From Myxococcota bacterium (lineage in GTDB: Bacteria; Myxococcota_A; UBA796; GCA-2862545), in contig JBCCQY010000175.1 in the NCBI GenBank assembly GCA_039208735.1, forward strand, positions 1 to 19,476: a DNA stretch of 19,476 bases, written 5' to 3'. The translations under genes and the position numbers were made by a program. The notes below the pieces were generated by a model, which worked only from the letters and a program-made list of their open reading frames with translations, did no database searches and was not told the DNA's origin. Position 1 is the stretch's first letter, and every line of letters starts with the position of its first letter. Shown in pieces: positions 1 through 10,835 of the stretch.

Positions 1-1
1 G

Positions 2-841
2 GTAGGTGCCGGACTCCGGCCGAATGGAGAACCGCCCGGTGACGACACGGCCGTTCTCGATGATCTGCGCCTCGAGGGCCTCGCCATATGCGAGTAGACC
101 TGCGGCCTCGACGGGGCGGGCGGAACGTGCACTGATCTCGACGCGGGTTCCCGGCGGACCTTGAACATCCCCCGTCGAGTTGCTGACCGTCTTCGGTTCG
201 AGTCCCGTGTAGTCCGGGTAGGTGTAGCGAATCACGATGTCGCCGACCCGCGCGACGTCTTCAGGACGTGCGACGTCGGGACCGATGACGGCAGCTTGGG
301 CGGTGCCTTCAGAAAAGAAGTAGCCGCCAACCGATGAAAATCCGTCGCTTAGCTGCCACAGGAGCGGGAGCCCAAACAGCCAGAGCAAGCCCACCACTTG
401 CAGGGCCTGAAACGTCCGATGGGCCGGCAGGAGATCGGTGACCGACAGGCGGGTCAAGCGCTGTCGGGCTCGACGGACCACCAGGCCCGCGAGCGGGCCC
501 GCCTGATCCGGGTCGAGATCGAGAGCCGTGACGAGGCGTCCTCGAAAGTCGGGATGTTGGGCTTCGACGTGGCGAGCTTGGCGAAGCGGGTCTGCGACGT
601 CGCGCCAGGTTGTCAGCAGGGGCCATGCGATGGCGAACCACCCGCCGATGCCCATGACAAGCAGGAGCCCAAACGTCGTCCAGGCGCGGTCAAGGCGCAA
701 TGCAACGGCGGCAACGGCCAATCCAAGGGCCAACAACAGCAACACCGCGGTGGATGCTGCCACGCGAAGGGCGACAAGTGCGCGTTCCCGCCGGACAAGC
801 CGCTCGACGAAGGCGCGGATCCACTGAAGCTCATCGGCCAC
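2..841 (-). CDS. DUF4175-like membrane-anchored protein, N-terminal part only (runs off the window start)
   Basis: Not in the ORF track because it has no stop in the window. Manual translation from GTG at 841 is open to position 2: MADELQWIRAFVERLVRRERALVALRVAASTAVLLLLALGLAVAAVAL...ARHVEAQHPDFRGRLVTALDL...VGDIVIRYTYPDYTGLEPKTVSNSTGDVQGPPGTRVEISA. Two N-terminal TM helices, a third TM, and the 'RLVTALDL' and 'YTYPDYTG' motifs resemble large DUF4175-type proteins (recalled, not searched). Confidence 0.7.
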   Translation of the reverse strand, partial: MADELQWIRAFVERLVRRERALVALRVAASTAVLLLLALGLAVAAVALRLDRAWTTFGLLLVMGIGGWFAIAWPLLTTWRDVADPLRQARHVEAQHPDFRGRLVTALDLDPDQAGPLAGLVVRRARQRLTRLSVTDLLPAHRTFQALQVVGLLWLFGLPLLWQLSDGFSSVGGYFFSEGTAQAAVIGPDVARPEDVARVGDIVIRYTYPDYTGLEPKTVSNSTGDVQGPPGTRVEISARSARPVEAAGLLAYGEALEAQIIENGRVVTGRFSIRPESGTY

Positions 842-977
842 GAAACTCGTCCCGGTCTTGGTCCACCGTGGAGGCTAACCCCGGCGGTGGGGCGCTTACG
901 GGCGCCGTGACGGAGCATGACACCGCGTCACCGACGGACGATGGTGCGAAACTGGCCGATTTGATCCAGCCGCGCTA

Positions 978-1031
978 CTGCACGATTGTTCTCCGACACG
1001 TTTGTTTGGCAAACGCTTGTCCAGTGTCGGA
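978..1031 (+). promoter_or_regulatory. Putative LexA operator array (Myxococcus-type SOS boxes) upstream of lexA
   Basis: ACGnTTGTYY occurs at 982-991, 998-1007 and 1013-1022. It matches the core of the M. xanthus LexA consensus CTRHAMRYBYGTTCAGS with mismatches and lies directly 5' of lexA. Confidence 0.6.
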
Positions 1032-1051
1032 CCATCCGAGTGAGGCTTTCG

Positions 1052-1690
1052 TTGGAAGATCTGTCGCCCCGTCAGCGGGAAATGTTGAACTTCATCGTGT
1101 CGGCTGTCGAGCAGACGGGCATCGTGCCGACCTACCGCGAGATCGGAGCGGGTCTCGGCATTGGGTCGACCAACGCGGTGAGTGACCATATCAAGGCCCT
1201 GGTTCGCAAAGGCTATGTCGAGCGGGTCGGCAAACCTGGGCGCCCACGCAGTTTGCGACTGACCGAAGCTGCCACGGGGTTCATCGAGCAAACGACGATT
1301 GCGTCCATCCCGATTCTCGGGCGCATCGCAGCCGGCGTGCCATTGCTCGCTGAAGAAAACTACGAGGGTACGGTTCGGGTCGACCGGAGCATGCTGCCTC
1401 CGGGGGGCAAGGTGTTCGCCTTGTTGGTCACTGGCGATTCCATGATCGAAGATGGCATCTTCGATGGCGATACGCTGTTCGTGCGTCAGAAAAACGAAGC
1501 GCGAGATGGGGAAATCACGGTGGTGATGGTCGACGGTGAAGCCACTGTCAAGCGTCTGTATCGTGAAGGCGAGCGGCTACGGTTGCAGCCCGGCAACTCC
1601 GCGATGGACCCCATCTTCGTCGATGCCGCCAGCGGTGATGTCGATGTCATCGGGGTGGCGGTTGGGGTCTACCGACGAATCCAGCTGTAG
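1052..1690 (+). CDS. lexA: SOS response repressor LexA
   Basis: wHTH N-terminus (LSPRQREML...PTYREIG...STNAVSDHIKALVRKGY), Ala-Gly cleavage site (GRIAAGVP), catalytic Ser (GDSM) and Lys (TVKR). Start placed at TTG 1052 after GAGG; 212 aa. Confidence 0.97.
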   Translation: MEDLSPRQREMLNFIVSAVEQTGIVPTYREIGAGLGIGSTNAVSDHIKALVRKGYVERVGKPGRPRSLRLTEAATGFIEQTTIASIPILGRIAAGVPLLAEENYEGTVRVDRSMLPPGGKVFALLVTGDSMIEDGIFDGDTLFVRQKNEARDGEITVVMVDGEATVKRLYREGERLRLQPGNSAMDPIFVDAASGDVDVIGVAVGVYRRIQL

Positions 1691-1697
1691 AGATTGT

Positions 1698-3515
1698 CTA
1701 TTCAGGAGGCGGCAGCGGAAGGAATTCGTTCAGGGCGGGCGGAATGACGTTGGGGTCGCGGTAGGTGATGCGCGCCCGAATGACCTTTATGCCTCGGCCC
1801 GACTGTGTGGTCTCCACGACGGCTCGAACGTTGAGGCCTTCGATTTGACTGGGGTTCGCGTCGCGGACCCCTGTGCCCACGAACGAGTAGTTCATCTTGA
1901 ACAGTCGTTGAGGCTCGTCCGCACAGCCGGAGTCCTCGACTTCGAGGAAGGTGAAGGGGAAGAACGTCTCCCATCCTTCGCTGCTGAAATCTTCCACCTT
2001 GACGCGAATCTCGGCACAGCCGGGAGGGTCGAACCGATACTGTCCCGCGGCCAGCAGGTCGTAGGTTGCCGAGCGGGGGGCGGGGCGGGTGTTTGAGTCG
2101 AGTTCGATGAGCTGACGAGGCTCCTTCGCCACCTCTCTTCGATCGGGAAGGGGGTTCGTGACATCGATGCCGAAGTCCGATGAGGCGGCCTCGAGCTTCA
2201 CCCCACCGCGATGCGGACCCGGATCGACACGAAGGTGGGCGAGCTGCGTGGCGCGGACCCCAGGGAGGAAGAGCCCGTCGGGGTTGCCGCCGAAGAACGT
2301 CGTGAGATCGTCGAGGAGTGCTTGGCGGCCCGCTTCCGAGGTGGCGAACGCCACGGGGCGCCCCCGCAACCCATCGAGGCGAACCTGATTGATGCAGCCT
2401 CGCGACATCTTTTGGACCGTGCCATCGCTCAAGAGGACCTGAGCCGTGAGTTCGGCGGGAAAGGCCGTCTCACAAATGACGTAGTGAACGGCTGACGTGA
2501 TACCGCGATCTACGAGAAAGCTGCCCAAATTGATGGGATCGCCAAGCGTGAACCGACCCACGTTCAGGGGCGAATCGGTGTCCCATTCGATCGAAGAGGG
2601 CTCTTCCTCGTCCTTGGGGTCCTCTTCCGCGTGCTCTTCCGCTTCACCCATTCCACCCAAGAGCGAGGTCTTTTCGCCCTGGTAGAAGACGACGATCCCG
2701 TCTTCGGAGAAGATCTCGTAGGTGCCGGTGCGACCCGACATGGTCCAGTTCGTGCCGTTGCAGAAGACTTCGGGGAAGAATTCTCCACGGACTTGGTTCT
2801 GGGAAAAACTACTGGGGAACGAGCACTTCGAGGGAAATTCGCCCAGAACCTTCCAGTCGTCGAGCGACTCACCGAAGGTCACGACGGCTTCTCCCTTGCC
2901 GCGAAGCACGAGCCAAAGCTCGGATACGCCGTTCTTGTCGTAGTCGGAGACTTCCTTGATGCTCACGTCAGGGACGGAGAGCCCTCGCTCGCGAAGGAAC
3001 GACGTGGGCACATCGACACAGCTGGTCCGTTCGGTGCCCATGTCGATGCGTTCAGCCCTTCGGGGCACGAGGCACGGGGCGCCGCCCCGGGTCGAGACGG
3101 CGGCCATGCCCACGAACACGAGAAACGCGAACAACAACATGCCGGCCGAGATGGCGGCGACGACCTGCATCCACGGTTGTACCCGATTGGAGGGCACGAT
3201 CTCGAGGGTCGTGCTGCCGAATCGGAGGACCGTCCCTACGCCGATGGGCCGGGACTCCCCCTTGATGCACTCTTCATCGACCCACGTCCCGGTCGCGGAC
3301 TCGAGATCTTCGATCACGTAGCCGCGGCGTATGTTGTAGCTGATTCGCGCGTGGTGGATGCTCACGAGCGGATCAGGAATTTGCAGGCCTTGGGAAGCCC
3401 GCCCAATGGGCAACGGACGGTCGGGGGGAACCGGAAACTCGGTCCCCGCATCGATGTCACCGTCGATCGCGATCAGCACGATCTGCTTTTGAGGGGGCAG
3501 CGGTGAAGAATTCAT
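1698..3515 (-). CDS. FHA domain-containing single-pass membrane protein with large C-terminal extracytoplasmic region
   Basis: N-terminal FHA motifs (IGR...DPLVSIHHARI...IEDLESATGTWVD...LRFGST), one hydrophobic helix (VVAAISAGMLLFAFLVFVGMAAV), then ~460 aa with several Cys; 605 aa. Confidence 0.85.
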   Translation of the reverse strand: MNSSPLPPQKQIVLIAIDGDIDAGTEFPVPPDRPLPIGRASQGLQIPDPLVSIHHARISYNIRRGYVIEDLESATGTWVDEECIKGESRPIGVGTVLRFGSTTLEIVPSNRVQPWMQVVAAISAGMLLFAFLVFVGMAAVSTRGGAPCLVPRRAERIDMGTERTSCVDVPTSFLRERGLSVPDVSIKEVSDYDKNGVSELWLVLRGKGEAVVTFGESLDDWKVLGEFPSKCSFPSSFSQNQVRGEFFPEVFCNGTNWTMSGRTGTYEIFSEDGIVVFYQGEKTSLLGGMGEAEEHAEEDPKDEEEPSSIEWDTDSPLNVGRFTLGDPINLGSFLVDRGITSAVHYVICETAFPAELTAQVLLSDGTVQKMSRGCINQVRLDGLRGRPVAFATSEAGRQALLDDLTTFFGGNPDGLFLPGVRATQLAHLRVDPGPHRGGVKLEAASSDFGIDVTNPLPDRREVAKEPRQLIELDSNTRPAPRSATYDLLAAGQYRFDPPGCAEIRVKVEDFSSEGWETFFPFTFLEVEDSGCADEPQRLFKMNYSFVGTGVRDANPSQIEGLNVRAVVETTQSGRGIKVIRARITYRDPNVIPPALNEFLPLPPPE

Positions 3516-3716
3516 CTTGAGCTACGGGGAGGGTGAGTTCTCGCCATCTCCCTTCAACTTGCTGCGACGAACGCGGCACTTGGGGGTCGGTGACGCTGAC
3601 CACGTGTAACGGTACCCGACCGGCCAGGCAACGGCGCGGCACGTCGACTCGTGAAGGCTGAGGCTCTGCTTGCGGCTCCTTCTGACCCGTCGTTACCCTG
3701 CCCAAGAGGACGTGGC

Positions 3717-4463
3717 ATGCAGAGTACCGGCCCGAACCTACAGTTTGCATTTCCCCGCCCCGAGGGGTGGCAGCGCAACCTGCTCATCCTTCTCTTGGCG
3801 CTGTACGTGGTCGAGCTGGTGGTCGCTTACGCGAACATCGGGGTTGATCTAGGTACATTCGTCTGGCAGCCATTGGGGCTCGCCGAGCAAGAGGGCTTTC
3901 GATTCTGGCAGTTGGTGAGCCGATTCTTCGTGCACACCACCGCCACCGGCGTGTTCTCGGTCGTGTTCTCCATGATCGTGCTGTGGTTCTTCCTACCGGC
4001 GGTGGGCGAAGTCCTGGATTGGGACTCGGTCGGGCAGGCGATCATCGCGGCGGCCGTGGTCGGAACGGTGTTGCCGTTCGGGCTCGACGTTGCGGGCGTG
4101 CTCGATGGCCGGACGCCGGCTGGAGGATGGGAAAACCTGGTGCTCACGTTGCCGATCCTCTTCGGCTTGGCTCGACCCGATCGGCAAATCCTGATCTTTG
4201 TGCTTCCTGCACCGGCGAAGGTCTTTGTGTGGGGGAGTCTCGCGCTTGCAGCATTGGGCTTTATCGGTGGGCAGACGCTCGGTACGGCAGAGATGCTTGG
4301 TGTGTGGCTCGGCACCTTTGGCTGGTGGCACCTCGTGGGACCCGGTCAAAAAAGGCGCGAGTGGCGTCGTAAGGGAGCCTCGATCGAGCGGGAAATCCGC
4401 CTCACCGTGCTGGAAGGGGGCCGAGCCAACGATGGTGACAACCACGACGACACGGTTCACTGA
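3717..4463 (+). CDS. Rhomboid-superfamily membrane protein, probably catalytically inactive
   Basis: About 6 TM segments and the L1-loop motif FWQLVSRFFVH. The C-terminal tail is basic, followed by LTVLEGG...DDTVH. Start ATG 3717 after GAGGA; 248 aa. Confidence 0.75.
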   Translation: MQSTGPNLQFAFPRPEGWQRNLLILLLALYVVELVVAYANIGVDLGTFVWQPLGLAEQEGFRFWQLVSRFFVHTTATGVFSVVFSMIVLWFFLPAVGEVLDWDSVGQAIIAAAVVGTVLPFGLDVAGVLDGRTPAGGWENLVLTLPILFGLARPDRQILIFVLPAPAKVFVWGSLALAALGFIGGQTLGTAEMLGVWLGTFGWWHLVGPGQKRREWRRKGASIEREIRLTVLEGGRANDGDNHDDTVH

Positions 4464-4533
4464 GAGTTACAGGCCCGGGACGTGTGGGTTTGTTTGATCC
4501 CACCCTCGCACACCGGACTACCGAGCGACGCGC

Positions 4534-5157
4534 ATGACCAAACACCTTTCCGAAGCCGAGCGCCGCAGCCAGATCCTTCGCGCCGCACGCGGGGTGTTCA
4601 TCGAAAAGGGGTACCTCGCCGCCCGGGTCGATGACGTCGCCAAGCGCGCTGGACTCTCGAAGGGTGCGGTCTACTTCTACTTTGCCTCAAAACGCGACCT
4701 GTTTTTGGCCTTGGTTCAGGAAGAACACGAGGCAACCTACAGTTTCCTTGAAGAGGCCGAAGAAGATGCGCGTCCCGCTAGTGTGAAGCTCATCGATCTT
4801 GGCCAGAAGTACCTCGACTATTTCGCGGGGTTGAAGTCTCCTCCTCGATTCTTTCTGATGATGCGGGAACAGGGAATCCGCGACGATGAGATTCGGGAGG
4901 AGTGTCAAGCGGTTCACGAACGCTTCGTGGACGCCGCCGCGCGGATCCTTGCGGAAGGAATGGCCGAGGGATCGTTTCGGGAAGCGGACCCCCACACTCT
5001 TGCTCAGATGCTCAAGGCGATGATCGACGGATTGGCGGGTCAAAGCGCCATCGGCCTTCGTCCCGACAAAGATCGACTCGTTTCCGACGGACTTCAGATG
5101 TTGTTGCACGGCATCCTTGCCGATCCTCCTGCACGTCGCGCCGAGGCCACGGGTTGA
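4534..5157 (+). CDS. TetR/AcrR family transcriptional regulator
   Basis: HTH: RRSQILRAARGVFIEKGY...VDDVAKRAGLSKGAVYFYFASKRDLF; helical C-terminal domain; 207 aa. Confidence 0.96.
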   Translation: MTKHLSEAERRSQILRAARGVFIEKGYLAARVDDVAKRAGLSKGAVYFYFASKRDLFLALVQEEHEATYSFLEEAEEDARPASVKLIDLGQKYLDYFAGLKSPPRFFLMMREQGIRDDEIREECQAVHERFVDAAARILAEGMAEGSFREADPHTLAQMLKAMIDGLAGQSAIGLRPDKDRLVSDGLQMLLHGILADPPARRAEATG

Positions 5158-6341
5158 CTCTCGATTCTCCATTGGTCTTTGTCGACGGCAACCGTCAGGT
5201 CATGGTGGCTGATTCCAAGGGCGTTCATCCCCAGCTGGGAGGTTCCGACCTGCTGTGGGCGACCTGGGGGCAACGGCAGCCTGCCTTCGTGCACTCCTGG
5301 TCGGCTTGGGGGCCTGATCAACGGCGCATCGCTTCGTTTCGCATCGCCAAGACTGGCCAAGACAGTCGCGTTTGGGTCACCGACGTCGCCGGCGTATCGG
5401 GGGCCGAGGTCGGCTCGATGGGCAGTCGGGTTCCGATTTACCTGCAATGGTCGCCGAGCGGACAGCGATTGGCGGTGCTTTCGCAGGACGACCAAGAGTT
5501 GGTTCTCGCGGAAGCCGACCCCACCGGACGCATGGCGGATCGCGAACTGTTGCGTGGATCGCCGTTGTTCTTCACCTGGCTCCCTGGGGATCGTCTGGCC
5601 GCCTTTGTGGGCGAAGGGGTTCCCACGCACCCCCGCATGGCGATTCTTTCGCCTGACGGGCAGCGCCGTGATCTTCCCGGAGCGCCAGGGAACTTCTGTG
5701 CACCGGTCGTGATCGACGGAGGTCTCGCCTATGTGGCCCATCATCACAATCAGGTGGTGATCCTGGCGTCGACCCCCGATGGCCACCACGTACGGGAACT
5801 CGAGCTTGTGGATGGCTTGGTGGCGCTTCTCGCGGCTCCACACGGGCCCTGGCTCGCTCGCGCCATCTCGCCGGACGGCACGGGGGCACCCTATCGCCAG
5901 CTCGACCTGTTGAACTTGCAGACGGCCGAGATCCAACCCGTCACCGACGCACCTTCCATCGCATTCTTCTGGCTGCCCCAGGGAAATGGTTTCGTGATCG
6001 CGAACCGGGTGTCCGATCAGGCTGTGGTCCACTGGTCACGGGTCGACTTGCAGGGCCACGCCACGCCGCTCATCGACCTCGTACCGAGCCGAGACTCTCG
6101 CGTGTACCTGCGATTCTTCGAGCAGTATTCCCCGTCGCATCCTGTCGTCGATCCCACCGGGCGCAACCTCGTGCTTTGTGGTAGTCCCGCCGACGAACCC
6201 GACGCTCCTTCGCGGGTCTGGCTTGTGCCTCTGGATGGCGGGCCCCCAGAGGAGATTGGAGAAGGGCTGTTCGCGTCCTTCGCGCCCCATTCCCCCCGGA
6301 GCCCTGATGGCCGTTCGCGAGACCCTGTGGTCGTTGCTTGA
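5154..6341 (+). CDS. TolB-like (PD40/WD40-like) beta-propeller protein
   Basis: Repeated blade motifs AWGPDQRRIA, QWSPSGQRLA, TWLPGDRLA, FWLPQGNGF and VDPTGRNLV. Start inferred at TTG 5154, overlapping the TetR stop (TTGA); no signal peptide. Confidence 0.8.
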   Translation: MTLDSPLVFVDGNRQVMVADSKGVHPQLGGSDLLWATWGQRQPAFVHSWSAWGPDQRRIASFRIAKTGQDSRVWVTDVAGVSGAEVGSMGSRVPIYLQWSPSGQRLAVLSQDDQELVLAEADPTGRMADRELLRGSPLFFTWLPGDRLAAFVGEGVPTHPRMAILSPDGQRRDLPGAPGNFCAPVVIDGGLAYVAHHHNQVVILASTPDGHHVRELELVDGLVALLAAPHGPWLARAISPDGTGAPYRQLDLLNLQTAEIQPVTDAPSIAFFWLPQGNGFVIANRVSDQAVVHWSRVDLQGHATPLIDLVPSRDSRVYLRFFEQYSPSHPVVDPTGRNLVLCGSPADEPDAPSRVWLVPLDGGPPEEIGEGLFASFAPHSPRSPDGRSRDPVVVA

Positions 6342-6777
6342 ATCCACCCTGGACGCCGTGGCGGAAGCCAGCCGGTCGGCGACGGGCGGTGCCCGCGACG
6401 CAGAGGCGGTGCGGACCCAAGACGCGCTCATGGATCGGTTGCGAGAGCGGATCGAGGCTCTGGAGCAACAGATCGATGGCATTGCCTCGCTGGAGACGCG
6501 GGTGGGGTCTCTCGAGTCCGCCGAAACCCCTGCCGTCCCAGAGGGTGGGGGAGATTTTGAAGCTCGCATCACCAAGGTCGACAAGCGCCTGCAAATGGCC
6601 ATGGCGGCGATTCAAGCCGCGACGACTCAGCTCATGGAAGTCAAGGACGCCGCTGCGATGGCGAAGAACCAGGCGCAGCAGGCCAACCAGCGGGCCACGT
6701 CAGCCCAAACCACCGCCGAGACGGCGGCGGATGGCGTGAGTTCGGTCGAGGAACGCCTTGCGGCCCTCGAACAGAAG

Positions 6778-10475
<3,698 letters not shown>

Positions 10476-10510
10476 AGCTGTACGTCCGAGGTCGAGCGCC
10501 TTTCACCCGA

Positions 10511-10821
10511 CGCGTGGATTTGCGGAACTCCTGGCACCCTACGCGAACCCATCAGGGCTTTTTCGTTCACGAAGCGAGCGAAGGAACTCGGATGGGCGAT
10601 GGATCGTGGAATCGGGCTGGCCGTTGGTGTGTCTCACTTGCAGATCCAACACACGGCTGGCGTGTTGTCGGATCGCACTTGGAAGCGTCGGCAGGACCAT
10701 GATCGCATTGGTGAGATCCACATCTGGGGGACCGACGCATCAAGACGGGATCCCGTTCGGACCTCTGCAGGCAAGCGATTACGTTGATAGCGAGGCGACC
10801 GCGAACGCGGCTTCGTGCCTC
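10511..10821 (+). other. Structured intergenic region / putative 5' leader of the rho homologue
   Basis: Several hand-identified stems: 10511-17/10539-45, 10548-53/10591-96, 10616-24/10653-61, 10685-91/10732-38 and 10792-96/10817-21, plus palindrome ACGGGATCCCGT at 10745-56. No known RNA family recognised. Confidence 0.35.
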
Positions 10822-10835
10822 CCCGGATTGCTTTG

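Noticed and set aside
398..910. 170-aa + strand ORF and other short ORFs at 309-1185
   Set aside because: Shadow frames of the minus-strand DUF4175-like gene and the lexA promoter; no protein-like features.
4902..5153. N-terminal extensions in the ORF track (propeller from 4902, ALDH from 8577, ligA from 8295, lexA from 986)
   Set aside because: They overlap neighbouring genes or operators and are low-complexity Arg-rich; downstream starts fit the families better.
10476..10835. Known ncRNAs (6S, SRP, tmRNA, RNase P; glycine, TPP, SAM, cobalamin or c-di-GMP riboswitches)
   Set aside because: Hallmark motifs not found by eye; only a vague CTCTGCAGG similarity to glycine riboswitches. An Rfam scan is needed to exclude them formally.
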